From Selaginella moellendorffii (Eukaryota > Plantae > Lycopodiophyta): a stretch of DNA of 64,000 nt. The stretch lies in the NCBI RefSeq assembly GCF_000143415.4, contig NW_003314290.1, forward strand, positions 1,328,536 through 1,392,535, given 5' to 3'. The position numbers and the translations under genes were made by a program. The notes beneath the pieces were generated by a model, which saw only the letters and a list, made by a program, of their open reading frames with translations, had not been told where the DNA came from and did not search any database. Below, piece by piece: positions 1-14,117 of the stretch. How positions within the stretch are numbered: position 1 is the first letter of the stretch; each line of letters opens with the position of its first letter.

Positions 1-1008
1 AGATCAGGAGGACAACTTGAACCATCATAATCCAGCTAAGCTGGGTTTAAGGCTAGTATTTCATAAGTCAATAATCAAAAAAGTTTGATTTTATTTTAAT
101 TAAAAACTCATTTATAGTTTAGATTTGATATAAATAAAATTTCAATTTTTAGTTATCTATTTGGTTTTACCTCAAATTTATAAAATTATTTTTTTAAAAA
201 TAAAAAAAGTTACTAAAGATTTTTGAATGCTTGGAAAATAATTTCTTATGATGTTATCAAAAGGATTTTCAACCTTTTTGGAGAAAATTAATCATAATAC
301 ACAAGATTTACAAAACTCTATTATGTTAACTATTTAAGACCTTATACAATTCAATATTCTAATTTATCATTTTGAGTATAATCAGCTTTCACCATTTTTA
401 GCCTTATTCATTAAATATTAAAGTATATCTAAATCAATTGATCCACTTAAATTATGAAGCAAAAATATTTTTTGAAAAGAGCTATGTCATTAATAGTTGC
501 TTCACTTTGAGCCCCATATAAAAATTTATGTCAAACAACCTGAAAATGAAGCAAGTTAAAGAATAAGAATATCAAACCATAAAAATTACTATGATAAACA
601 CTTTGGGATTCAAAATAAGCTAAGGTATCATCAAGGATTGACTAAGAAAAACCATAAACCATTGCTGAGCCCCTTGCCTATGCGTTTAACCATGTCAATT
701 ATTTGGTTTTATATAAAGGATGAAGGATTGAAGTACTGTTTTCTAATAATTATTTTAAAAATTTTTTTTTTTTTTATGATGCTCTTCTCTATGTAATCCT
801 TGCTGAATTGGAGATCTCCTCTTCATGGGTAAGAGGTTAGCATGAGAAAGCAAAACAAATCCTACATTTTGGTGAGGTCACATCACAATGTATAGTGGTG
901 GAGTGGGGTTGTTTGGGCCTTGGATGCCATGGTGTGGGGCCTGGAGGGGCATCAGGTTGAGCCTCTAGGGTGGGTAGGGAGCTAGCCTAGGCTGCACACC
1001 CTTGGCCT

Positions 1009-1178
1009 CAAGGTGGATGCCATGCTGGTGGGAGGGGGCTAAGGGGTGGACACTTATCTCCCACCTATGCTGGGGGAGACCAAGGCCAATAGGGTGGGCC
1101 CTCTCCTCTTATTTGACCTTAGATGGGAGACAAGTGTCCACCCCTTAGCCCCCTCCCACTAGCATGGCAGCCACCTTG
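1009..1178. repeat. GC-rich inverted repeat (two 59-bp arms, 52-nt spacer)
   Basis: 1009-1067 is the reverse complement of 1120-1178 with 4 mismatches; a partial third copy lies near 1187-1212. Confidence 0.85.
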
Positions 1179-1577
1179 GGTGATAAGAGGTGGACACTTG
1201 TCTCCTATCTATGTTGAAATTGTGCTAAACTTTGTTTAATAGTATTAGTTGTGTTGATTTATAATAGTTATCTAAATTTTGATTTGTGCTTAGAAGAGTT
1301 GGGCCTTCGGTTCTCTTTATATATCTAAGTAGGTAGAACTATATCATTCCTTTATAAGCTAAGTGGTACTCAAAGTAATAAGGGCGGTTAATTTTATTAG
1401 TCATTTCCTTATTGTGGAGGGTATTTGAGTCTTAGCATCTTTAGATATAAGTAGTTCCCCACTCATATAAGTCATTGTGTCTCCCATAAAATGTGCTTTC
1501 CATTAACTTTTGAAATTGTTTGATAGACTAGGGTATGCATTAACAAGGATGTTAATCTTCCCTAAGGGGGGGGAGAA

Positions 1578-2797
1578 TGTTGTGAATGTGACTTTGGATA
1601 TCAAAAAATATTTATTGGTCAATCCTTACAAACACTCTCTCCTTATTGTTATGACAATAGATGTCGTGAATGTGACTTTAAGTATCGAAAGTTATCTGTC
1701 AGTCAATCCTTACAAACACTATTTCCTTACTACCACGATGGCAAGAGGTTGGTATTGCTGGGTCCCTTTATCAACCCTTTTTGTTCAAGTGTTAGTAAAT
1801 TGGCCTTTGCATCTGTACTTGGCCGGACGAGCATAAAGAGGGAATTCCTAAGTGTCTATTGAACCAAGCATACTTGGCTCGGCTTGTTAGTTCCCTTTTG
1901 CTCTATCTTGCACTAGCTTGACAAAAACCCTTGTGTATTAAGATTAATCTCTTAATATCATCGGATGATAGCTTATCGTGTTTGCCAAACACCCTCGCTA
2001 TCATGTTCTTTGTGTTAGTTTTATTTCGGTCCCAAATGCTATTTATGGAAAGTGTCTAGATTTACTCATTTGACACATCTATGGAATGTAGAAATTGTCC
2101 TGAACACAATGGTGTTTGTCCCGTGTTTAAATTCACAATCTAAAGACATTCCATATTTAATAAGTTTTGAGCTTGTCTTAGAGATTAACTCCTGGTACTA
2201 AAGGAGGCTTGGGGTGAAAGCCCAAAACATGTGTTCCTCGGGGGGAGGGGTTCCAAATGTATAGTAGGGATAGTGAGGTACGTTGGGCATGGCCGACCAA
2301 CTTGAGGCATAGTCTAGCTCCCACTTGCATACCTGTCCTTGTTCTGCATCTGGCTTGGGTTTAAGCACAAGTTCCATTCCATGCTAGTTGGTGGAGTACT
2401 CATATCCTCACATTAACTCACTAATATACCAAAATAGCGCTAGATTTTGTTTGGCTCTGTTTTGCATGTTGGTTTTGGTTTTGGGATGTTAGTTGCTCTA
2501 GGACTGTTCCAAGTCATTCCGGGCTCCTATCCTTTCACTCCTTGGGCTATATGCTTGGGAGTTGCTCCATGGTTCAGTTCCGTCACTCCTTGGCTCCATG
2601 CTTGGGAGTTTGGCATCGTTCCTTCGTTCAGTGGCCGAAAGTCCTAAACCTCGAGTTCCATACCACTATCTTATGGACATATGATATGTGACACGTGGCA
2701 TATAACACGTGGCACATGGAAGGTTTAGGTTCCGCTTCGTGGTGTTATCCTATGGTAAATCACCATAGGATAAAGGGTGAAAACCACGTGCGTTACA
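1578..2797. mobile_element. LTR-like repeat (about 1.1 kb, TG...CA) with a duplicated first ~85 bp
   Basis: Starts TGTTGTGAAT (1578) and again TGTCGTGAAT (1662), ends GCGTTACA (2797). A purine tract AAGGGGGGGGAGAA precedes 1578. Colinear with 62518-63897 in reverse complement. Confidence 0.7.
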
Positions 2798-3078
2798 ATA
2801 GAAGATCAATACAATTAGTTCCCACTTAAGATAGTCGAGAAATTGGTCAATGAATATGTATGTAAATTGGATAAATATAAGATAGGAACCTTTATGTGTT
2901 TTTTTCTAAGCATACTTGGTCTAGTCTGAAAAACTTGTATTATTAGCCTGCACTTGCTTGTGGCCTTATATCATTCTAGGATGCAGTAAAAAAAAGAATA
3001 GATTGATGAAAATATCCTATAGCCCCATGTTATTTTAAATTGTATTAGAATGAAAGATATAAATGGTTTATGGCTTAA

Positions 3079-3700
3079 TGTTATAAATGTGACTTCAAGT
3101 ATCAAAAGATATTTATTAGCTAGTCCTTATGGACATTCTTTCCGTACTGCCATGACAACAAAAGGTCAATACTATTGATTCTCTTTATAATCTCCACCTA
3201 AGCTAGTTGAGAAATTCGCTAGCATATGCATTTAAACCAAAAGAGCACTAACGAAAGAAATCCTAAATTGTTATTAAGTTAAATATACTTGATATAGTGA
3301 TGAGAAAGTTATGTTGTTGGCTTATACTTGCTAGTGTTGGGAACTTCCATGATATTGAATCTAGTCCCTTATTATTGATACATAATAGCTTACTGTATCC
3401 ACTAAACACTCTCACTATCATGCTCTATGTGTTGGTTCTATTCTAGATTTATATGTTATTTATGATAAGTGTCTAAATTTCATATCTATAAAAATGTAAA
3501 GAGTGTCTTAAACCCTATGGTGTTATTCCCACATCCTAATTAACAATGTAGTGCCGTTTTATATTTCAAAGAATTTTCTAGTTTATCCCAGAGATTAACT
3601 TTTAAGACTGGGGTGAAAGCCAAAGCATGCATTCCTCAAGGGGGGACGGGGGGTGGGGGCTAAGGTTGTGGGAGCTTTCAAATATGTAGTAGGGAGTTAC
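3079..3700. mobile_element. Partial degenerate copy of the same LTR-like repeat
   Basis: TGTTATAAATGTGACTTCAAGTATCAAAAG... aligns with 1662-2280 through GGGGTGAAAGCC. Confidence 0.7.
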
Positions 3701-4399
3701 CGCTTGTAAGGGATATTAAGTGTATATTAGACTTTTGTTTTGTAATGCAATAAACTTAGAGTTCAGCTCTAAATTTAGATGCATTACACTTTATCTCATA
3801 ATGAAGATTTTTCTCCTAAAATAAGATTATAAATCCTCATCTTTGTTTCATTTTATAATGAAGATCTTGGATGCCTAAATCACAAAGGAATATCCCAGTG
3901 GCAATCCTCCTTTTCTTTGCCCTAGTGCTATGTAAATTAAAACATGTTTTTGACTATTTCTAGTATTTAGATGGTACATGCTTAACCCCAAGTACCCCAA
4001 ATATCCCAAGTCTTTTAACCGATTGGAAAAAAGGGGTATATATTTATATTATGAGTTTTGTCCCTTTATATTTAAATCCTAATGGATCATATTATCTTTT
4101 GTTGCTTACAAATATCCTATCCTACATAAAAGGATTAATATTTTTATTCATAGACCTTTATATGCACATTGCTAAAAATGCCAAAATCCTTTATCTTTAT
4201 CTACTTTTATATTATAATATATTTAACATTTGTTTTATCCCAACAAAAAATCTTAGGAAGTTAGCTTCTTTTTTTACTATTTCAATTAATTATATTAAGA
4301 TTATACTTAATTACCTTATAATTATCATATCATATAACTCATTATTAATCTTTTCACACTTCCATCCAAATTTGGTCAAAACACTTTGTTTCCAATGCT

Positions 4400-5500
4400 A
4401 ATCTTGATTTCTTTAGGCTTCCCTTAGTAATCATTTTACGAATTAACCACCTTGAGTTATTCAAAGTACCTTCCAATAAGATATTTAGTGTCTTCACACT
4501 ATCTGCTCTTTAAGTCTATCCCTATGGTATATTTCACTTGTGTCAATATTTTTTGCCAAGATCATACTTGCTATATTTTGTATGAAAAAATTCCATATTA
4601 GGTAACCCTTCACCATTATACTTGGATTAGTGTTTGCATTGACTACGAGAAAAGCTTGAGAAAAGTAATTTACCTCTTCTTTCTCATAATCCACATTAAC
4701 TAATTCACCAACCCTTCAACCTTACCACCACCATCTTCCCTCATGACATTGATATAAGACCTTGTTTTATGCTTGTTAGGACATTCTAAACACTTATATC
4801 CTACCTCTCCATAATGGAAGTAATGACCCACATTATATGTTCCTCTAGGAGTAGGTTTTGCTATTACTACTTGTACCCACTAAAAAGGAGGAATAAAGGG
4901 CATAGGACCAAAAGAAGCTACTAGTGGTTGCCAATTATCACCCTTATTAACTAATACTTATGAGCCTTTAAAGTGGAATTTCCCTTCCACCTTTTATTTT
5001 CAATCATCTTGTTTATTCCCAGAGTTTTTATTCTTGTTTAAAATACCAACATACGGCTATTGATATTATGTTATGAGCAAGTGACTGAAGGCAACTTGTT
5101 GTGTTGCCTTCTTACACTCCAGATATGTCTTCAACTTAAACTTCAAAATTTCATTACAAAAAAGTGAACATAAACATTTTAGGAAATAACTTCAAACATC
5201 TTTGTCATTTATATTTATAATCATAATGTGTTTCTACACAAACACATTAATATAATGCATAAGATCCTCATACTACTTTAACCAATGCAACTTTGCGCGA
5301 AGTTTTAAACTAAGATCATATGGCAAGTATTCTTTATGGTTACACGATTGCATTTTAGTCCAACTTCTAATTTGCCATTTTTTAGCGCACACCTAGTGCC
5401 ATCAAGTTTTAGCATGATCAGTGAGAAAGGATTGCACACATATAACTTTCATATGATTATCTATGTTTGCCACTATGAAATAGTTTTCGATAATATAAAC
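4400..5500 (-). mobile_element. Highly decayed retrotransposon gag-like remnant
   Basis: The minus strand near 4780-4840 reads YFHYGEVGYKCLECP, resembling a decayed zinc knuckle; many stops; boundaries approximate. Confidence 0.4.
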
Positions 5501-5764
5501 CTAATTTTCCAAAACCTAATAGTCCCACATACTTATGAAATTGGGTGGTTTTAGAGGTTTGAATTTTGAAACTTGTGCAATTGAGGGCATTTGTAAAACT
5601 TCATCATCCTTAGAACTTGAAGAAGAGTCTAGTTGCTTAAGTTTAATTGATTTAGCTGCCTTATTTTATTTTTTCCTTTTTTTATTTTCCTTCTTCAATT
5701 TGCAAACTTTCTTTTGCAAATTCTCGATCTCAATCTACATTTTATAAATATCCTTTTGAGCAGA

Positions 5765-6143
5765 TTTAGATACTTACCATAAATAGTATATAAATCCAAA
5801 ATGGATAAGGCATGATAACGAAGATATCTAGTGAATATAGTAAACTATCATGTAACGATATTAATGGACTAAACTCAATATCATGGGGGTTCTTGATACT
5901 CAAGATAATAACACGAGTTTATCAAATGAGGTTGAGTATGCTCAACAAGAAATACATAAAGGTTTTTACCTAATGTTTGTCTTATTTAAGTACACATGCA
6001 TTGACTAGTTTCTTAACTAGCCTAAATGGGAACTATAAAAGGAACCAATTGTACTGATCATTTGCCATTATGGCAATAAAGAGAGAATGTTCGTAAGGAC
6101 TGACTAAAAAATATCTTTGATATCTAAAATTATATTTGTGACA
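5765..6143. mobile_element. Partial copy of the LTR-like repeat, opposite orientation to 1578-2797
   Basis: Matches 63255-63897 directly (GCATGATA...GGACTAAACTCAATA) and ends TTATATTTGTGACA, like the terminus of the other copies. Confidence 0.65.
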
Positions 6144-7854
6144 CAAAGTGCAAATGAAGATTTATGTTCCAATTTTATAAGATTTGACTAGAAGCAGGAG
6201 ATATAAGAAGGAGTATAGTGCAAAAATTCTATATTCAAAATTTATTCAAAGTTAAAATGTATATATATAAAAGGTATATATATGAAATCATCCCCTCTAT
6301 ACCTCTACTATTACCACTTTACTATTCTACCACCACCTTTTCTCTATGACTTAATATTTGAAGTTAAAATAAAAAACAAGTCAAACCAAATCTTTTTCAT
6401 AATTAATTTTTCTTTTTATATTCATCCTATTACCCTTCCTCTCTACTTTATCACAAACTTTATTTTCCACCACTTTTATAAAATGATTTGTTCTTACATT
6501 AAAGCATACTCTCCAACCTTGCAAAGATTTCTATCACCATTTAAAAATATTTTCTTGTATAACATACACATTCAACAATGGTCATGTAAATTTGCCACCT
6601 TTAATACATCAATATTTTATTATATCAATAATAAAATATGATCCAATAACTATATAAGGAGGAGTCCCTCATGACAGAAGGCATTAGAGCATGGAATGTG
6701 GAGTGATTCTAGTTTAAGTTTTTTCTTTTAGTTTTGCAATGTTTTTTTTTTGAGTACTACCTTTTTTGAAAAAACATAAAAATTAGGAGTTAGTGGAAAT
6801 TCCTCTTTTCTTTTTTTCTCTCAAGGCATAAAGCATGCAAAGATGGGTGCATTACTAACTATCAATTTTGAATACAATGACTTCATAGCAGTGTGGAAAA
6901 AGGCTGAAAAATCAATGAAATTTTTATTGACTCCTTCATTAAAGATTTACTCTTGATCACATCATTACTTTGTAAAATCCTTCCAAAGAAGCACATGGTC
7001 AGAATTTTTATGAGTGGACAATGTTTGGTGATCATGCAAAAGGCACTAATGAATTTTAGAGAATATAAATAAGACATGGATTATAAAGGAAAACATTTGG
7101 AATCTTGCATTAAAGAAATGAAATCTAAAGTTCTTTTTTCTCCCTTATCATTTTTGGTGCGGTGAATGTCTGTTTTTCTTTTTCTTGAAAGTTATGAAAA
7201 ATAAGTAATCAAGTAAAGTAGAAAGTTTAGTTGTTTATAGTAATTTATCCCTTCTAAAAAGAGTTGACTACAAATTTTATATATTTTAAAAATATAAAAT
7301 AAAACCAATAAAATTTTAACTTTAGCTATATACTTTAAGTGCTCAAAATTGATTTTAATAAATATAAATACATTTTCATTCTCATATTTTACTTATTGAT
7401 TGGGATCAATATAATTTTTTATTTCTGTAGTAATGATAAAAAATAACCTAATTAATTCAAGATAATGACTGGATTAATGAGAAAATTTTTTTAAAATTTT
7501 AAAAATTCTATAAAATTTAAACTTTGACTGAAATGATCAAGAATCATAGCACATTTTTAGCTTCATGTTCATGCTAAATCAGGTAGTTAAGTGGTGAGTT
7601 TATTTAAGACTAACTTCCTTTTTAAAAATGCTTAACAAAAGAAATATGATTCATTTAGAAATATGTATTTAAGTAACTATTATATAGTTTACTAATAAAA
7701 TTATTTAGCTAAAAATATGTATATCATATATAAAAATATAGTAATTGTAGGTTTGTGAATTCATATACATATACATATATACACACATAAAAACATATAT
7801 ATGTCACATGACGATGACATATATGACACATTTTTCTATTGGCTGGAAATATAG

Positions 7855-8950
7855 TATGATGTTATTCAGTACGTAGCTACATTTGGTGCCAAACTCGTAA
7901 TACTCCCCTTCGTGGTGCAAAAGAACGGTTAGAGTTAATTGCAATTTCCCGTCCATTTTAGTTGGTGGTGTTTTGATCTATGGGACTTTTTCCATAATTA
8001 ATTATTAGCAATAAATATGTTATTATTGCTTCTGAATACTTGATTTGCTGGGTGGAAGTAGTGCTTTTGCTAGACGCTTATGTAACTCTTATTTGGATAC
8101 TTCCCTCCTCCAATAAGGTGGAGTTCTACAATTTTTTTTCGGAGTTGATTCTTTTCGGATAATTGTACTACATTTAGGGCTAAAACATTTCATGTTTTGA
8201 TGTCTCCGTTGAGGATACGCCACATTTTCAGGAGTGTTTATCATCCACAGTTAAACGGTTTGGTGGAATGGCTCATTTCAGACATTCAAAGGGATGATTG
8301 TGAAGTACATAAAACTTTTAGCATTTGAAATTGAAATAGTTATTTGCCATCTCTTCAGTATGCATATGTCACAAGAGTGTAAAGTTTTATTAGTGCTTCA
8401 CCATATAAATTATTATATGGTTATGATCCAATATTACCTATGAAGTTGGGTTTACCTTTGCGATTGCCACGAACTACCGATATTAGGTCATGAGATCAAT
8501 ATTTGATGAGCATTCTTCCACTTGTCCAAGTAGAGTCTACCAAACACTTAGACCACATACAAGTGAGACCACATACAAGTGAGATAACAACAACACTACA
8601 ACTCTTATCATCATACATCTGTGGAGTATAAAATGGATGACTTAGTGTTAGTCCATTTTCCCCATCTTACGGTACATGATTTATCAAAGGGGATTCCTTG
8701 CTCAGTGGAAAGGACTATATCTGGTGTTGAGGCAAATTGAACAGCAAGTTTATGAGGTTCGGCATAACGTCCAGTAGGCCAATCTTCCAAAAATTGTACA
8801 TGTGTAGCAATTAAAACACTTTATACAAAGGGATCAAGAACAACTAATACCATCTATAAATCCATTGATGCTTCCTCCTGATATTCCTCCAAATCCTGGC
8901 CCATCTATGAGAGAACTTTGATGGTCTTCTATTATTTTGAGAGGAGGGGA
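7855..8950 (+). mobile_element. Decayed Ty3/gypsy integrase 3' region plus polypurine tract (upstream unit of a tandem)
   Basis: Colinear with 12760-13804 (TGGTGCCAA..TAATACTCCCC; TTTACCTTTGCGATTGCCACGAACTA) and ends in PPT GAGAGGAGGGGA. Confidence 0.85.
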
Positions 8951-11900
8951 TGATATAGAGTCCAAGTGTACAACTATAATGCCGTATATTAATATTAGTG
9001 TAGTGAGATTTTGGTAACTATTGGATTGGTTTCAATCTGGACCACTCACTCCTATATATAAGTTAGGGTTTTTGGACTAATTGATATACACATTTTTTGT
9101 ATTCCTTTTCCATATTTCATGCACTCACATTGGTGGAGATGAGGGGCACCTTTAATTGTCCCTAAGGAATGCTTGGATTTGGGATTTTGGTTTAAATCTA
9201 ATTTTTGCATTGTCTAAATCTAGCTTTTTCCTTTTCCTTTCTTTTGTTCTTTCCTTTCAGGATTTTGGTTTAAATCTAACTTTTCTATTGTCTAGATCCT
9301 CCTTTTCTTCTAGCTTTTTTTTTCATTTCTCTTCTTTTGTTTTTTCCTTTTTATTCATCTTTATGGCAGAGCAACAATTTCCTCCTCCTTTGACTATAGA
9401 GTAGCAATTGGTGCAATTGCTTGATACTATGCGATTGTAATTGAACAACCAAACTTAGTTGATGGCAGCATTCATGACACGTGGTACAGCTCTGATGTGT
9501 ACAATTAGTTTAATCACTTCACGGTGATTGCCACATATCATTCTTGGGATGATATTTGACATTTGCGTGAGTTTCCCACATGTCTCTAAGGGATGGTGCT
9601 GTAGTGGTACAATGGTTTGAGCACAGCCACTCGTGGGGATTAGAGTGTTCTCTAGGACGTCTTCAAACGTGCATTTGGACATGTCGATGATTGTGATGAT
9701 GTCTTCCAACAATTGCATCATCTTCGTCAAGGGCCATCTAAGTCAATGATGCAATTTGGCATTCGTTTTTAAGCCTCTTGCTTCGTGTAGAGCCAAATAT
9801 GTCAGAGTGGATCAAGCTAGGAATGTTGTAGCCAGCACTTCATCAAGATCTTGTCTGACTTGTGCATGCATTTGCTCCAGCCACCCTTGATGATGCTCTT
9901 CGCTTGACACAACATTATGAGACATCACCTGTTCCACTTCTTGCTGCACGTCCTTCAAGTCCACTTCCTATAGGTGATGGTCCTATTCTAGTGGAGGTTG
10001 ATGCTGCTGCTGTTGCTCGAGTCCAAGGATAAGGGCGAAGACGTGGTTGTGGCCGTGATGTTCACTGTTGGGCGTGCGATGAAGTTAGTCACACTTATTA
10101 GAGTTGTCAGCGTTTTCTGGATTGGCAACCTCCATTTCTTAGGTGCAGACCGTGGCATCAACGATGTTCTGTTGGTGCTGTTGCAGTGGAAGATCTAGAC
10201 ACCGAGATGCATTTGGGAAATGAGGAGTCGCACAAATGACAGAGGGACCTTGCGCGAATAAGTTAGTGACCGCTCCATCTTTCTTTCGGGAGTATCATCA
10301 AGGGGTTCACTCAGCACCAGTTCATCTAGTGTTTACTTTCCAAACTCGTTTTTATAATAAAAGGTCTCCTATAATTCTTTTCATATTGGTTGATACAAAT
10401 TTGAGTTTATCTTCTATTACTCAACCTGTTGCCACACGTTGCCTTCTACACTTGCATCGTGCGGCAGAGCCAATTTTCATTCTTTATGGCAACGACTGTA
10501 CATATGCATGTGCTCGGGATGAGGTAGACCTAGTTATGCATGTAGGTGATCTTGAGTTTGAGTTGCAGTCATTGTGGGTGGTGCCGAGTCAAACTTTTGA
10601 CCTCATCCGTGGTATGGATTAGTTGTAGCGCAATCATGTTAAGTGTGACTTTGAGGCTTCTCCCCCTTGTCTCATATTTTCTTATATTTTCCCATGAATA
10701 AGAGTGCACCCCCTTTTCCAATCGGTTAAGGGTCTTGGGATATTTGGGGTTAAGCATCCTTGGGTTTGAATAGTACTGGGCTAGGTGACCTCCCGGGAAG
10801 TCCAAACTCAGGAGTTTACAATATTTCATCCATTCCTTTCACTTTCGTACCTTTTCATCCCTCTACTTCTACCTTTGCTTCCATTACTTTTGTTTCCCCA
10901 TTACTTGCTTCTATGTTTTTGTCTTGTTCTGCTCTTCCCTTTTCTGATCCCTTTGACGGTTTTTGTGTTGTGGTGGTTGACCGACTTATGAAGGAGTATG
11001 CCGATCTCTTTGAATTTGACCTATTGTTTGGGGCCAAAGTTGCCACATATCATCCAATTCCAACTGGGGATGCTTGTCTAATCAAGGTTTTTGCTCGTTG
11101 TCGATCACCTAAAGAGATCAAGATTTTATATGCAAACGTCAAAGAGATGTTGGAAAAGGATGTTATTTGAAAGTTACGGAGTTCTTGGGCATGTGAACCT
11201 CATTTTGTGACGAAACCTGATGGGAGTATTCATTTCTACATCGACTATTGTCCATTAAATGAAGTGACAATCCCAGATGTGTACCCTCTTCCTCACACTA
11301 TTAATCTCTTGAATCGTCTAGGGAAAAGCCATTGGTTCACCAAGCTAGATCTTGCTTCTAGGTACTGGCAAGTACTGATTGCCAAAAAAGATATTCCTAA
11401 GACTGTTTTTCATACATCATTTAGTTTGTACGAGTTCTTGGTAATACCTTTGGTTTGAACAATGCTCTAGTGACTTTCTCCTTTGAGTGGATCAAGACAT
11501 CATTAATAGTCATCTTCGGCATATCACAAAGAACCTCGTCCATTGAGAGGAACACATTTATGATGTTTGTAAAGTGTTGGATTGGCTACAGGATATTGGT
11601 CTAAAGTTGAAACGGTCGAAGTGCGTGTTTAGGTCCAAGAACACGACTTATCTTGAGTACCATATTTCTCATGAGAGTTTGCAAGTTGATCATAACAAAC
11701 TTATGGCTGTTCTAAAGTTTCCTACTCTGAAGTGTGTGAATGATGTGCAGTGCTTTTTGCATAAGGTGCAGTATTTCGATTGTTTTATGGATCATATTTC
11801 TGATTGCACTGCACTATTGCAAGTGTTGCTGAAGTCATCAATGTCATCTTTTATTTGGTTTGTAGACTGTGAGTGGGCGTTCATGGATCTCAAAGAGCTA

Positions 11901-13985
11901 TTAACAACTCCTCTAGTTTTGGCATATCTTGACTACACTTGACTTTTCATCTTGCATAAGGATAATTTTGATATTGGTTTTAGAGATGTGTTGATGCAAA
12001 AAAGCCCAAGTGTGCCTAGTCAGCGCCATCCCATTGCATACATTAGCCATACATTACAACCGGCGAAGGTAAACAACTCCACAACAAAAAATGAGTGTTT
12101 AGTAGCAGTCTGGGGTTTCAAGAAACTTCATACATATCTACATAGTTCTTGGATGTTATTAGAAGGTGATTATGCTGCCATTACTTTATTATTAAAACGG
12201 AAGAACTTGGTTGGTCATACTACTCGATGGGCTTTGAAGCTTTAGATATATAATTTTGATGTTGTTCATCGCCTTGGGAGTTCTATAGCTGACGATGATG
12301 CCCTTTCTCAAGTTCTTCTTCCTTCTTCATTTTCTTCTCATGTTTTTGATGAGCTTGTTGTTTCAACATTTATGGATTTTCTAGACGAGGATTCTATGCT
12401 ATCGGCGGTTGCTATACTTGACATTCAGTATCCACAAAGTACAGAGCAAGATCTACCTTTTCTTAATGAGGGACTTACCCAGCTTCTTGGTCATACAACG
12501 ATGTCCCATATGCCCACCTAAAATAAGAGAATCATGGTAGGCATGGAGATACTGTAGAATAAAGACAAAAGGCACCACTAACCATAAATAATCATCAGGA
12601 TCCATCCCCAAAAAATAAAGAAGGCCATTTTCAAGGCAATATTAAAAATGTAAATGCCGAAATGGCAAGTCATCAATAAGTGATGTAAGATTCTCAAACC
12701 CTTCTTGAAGCTGTCGAATCCATGGCTTAATCTTTATTGGCCAAAGATGCAACATGATGTTATTTGGTATGTGTGTAGTTGTGTTTGGTGCCAAGTTTGT
12801 AATACTCCCCCTCGTGCTGTGGAAGGATAGTTGGAGTCAATTGTAATTTCTCGTTTATTTGAGTTGGTGGCATTTAATTTTATGGGACCTTTTCCACGAT
12901 CGGTTGTTGGCAATGAGTATGCTATTATTGCTTCTGACTACTTAACTCGTTGGATGGAAGTTGGTGTTCTTGCTAACGCCTTTGCAACTGCTATTGGATA
13001 CTTCCCCCTTAATCGAGTGGTGTTCTAACATTCTTGTCTAGAGCGGATTCTTTCAGATAATGGTCTTACATTTCATGTTTTGACATCTCACTTAGGGATA
13101 CACCACACTTTCATGAGTGCTTATCATCCATAGTTAGATGGTTTGGTGAAATGGCTCATTTGGACATTCAAAGAGATATCGTGAATTATGTGAACTTTCA
13201 GCATTTAGATTGGGATGGTTATTTTCTCGTCTTCTTGGTATACATATGTCACAGGGGTGTAGAGTTCTGTTGGTGTTTCACTATATAAACTCCTATATGG
13301 TCATGATCCAATATTACCAACAGAGCTAGGTTTACCTTTGCGATTGCCACGAACTATCGATGCTAGGTTGTAGGATTAATATTTGATGAGCATTTTTCCA
13401 CTTGTCCGAGTAGAGTTTGCTAAACACCTAGACTATATACAAGTGGGACAACAATGATGCTACAACTCCCATCATCGTTCACCTGCAAAGTACAAAGTGG
13501 ATGACTTAATGTTAGTTTATTTTCCCCATTTTACGGTACGTGGTTTATCTAAGAAGCACCTTGCTTAGTGGAAAGGATCATATCGGGTGTTGCAACAAGT
13601 TAGACCACAAGTTTATGAGGTTCGACATAACATACAGCAAGCTGACCCCTAGAAAGTGTAGCTGTTGAAAAGCTTTTTACAAAAGGATCAAGAATAACTA
13701 ATACCACCTACAAATCCATTGGTGCCTCCTCCTAATGTTCCACCAAATCTCAGCCCATCTACAAGAAAACCTTGATGGTCTTCCATTATTCTGAGAGGAG
13801 GGGATGATGTGAGGTCCAAGTGTACAGATATAATGCTGTATACTAATATTAGCATAGTGGAATTTAGTAACTGTTGGATTATTTTCAATCTGAACCACTT
13901 GCTTTTGTATATAAATTAGGGTTTTTGGGCTAATTGATATGCACATTTTCTGTATTCCCTTTCTATATTCCATGCACTCTCTCAC
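8951..13985 (+). mobile_element. Degenerate Ty3/gypsy LTR retrotransposon with short (~180 bp) LTRs
   Basis: 5' LTR 8951-9129 (TG..CA); PBS 9131-9147; gag zinc knuckle CWACDEVSHTY*SC at 10066-10107; protease LVDTN; RT KPDGSIHFYIDYCPLN..YPLP..KLDLASRYWQ; RNase H HPIAYISH..NECLVAVWG; integrase FMGPFPRS..DYLTRW; PPT 13793-13804; 3' LTR 13805-~13985. Many stops and frameshifts. Confidence 0.92.
9131..9147 (+). other. Primer-binding site complementary to the tRNA-Ala 3' end
   Basis: TGGTGGAGATGAGGGGC directly after the LTR end (TCACA-T) resembles the complement of the tRNA-Ala 3' end (..CATCTCCACCA). Confidence 0.7.
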
Positions 13986-14117
13986 ACACACACATGTATA
14001 TGTATACATATATATATATATATACATACATACATATATACATACATATATACATATATATACATATGTATATGTATATATGTGTGTATATGTATGTATA
14101 TATGTATAGATGTATGT
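13981..14117. repeat. Compound (CA)/(TA)/(TG) microsatellite
   Basis: Directly visible at the end of the 3' LTR. Confidence 0.95.
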
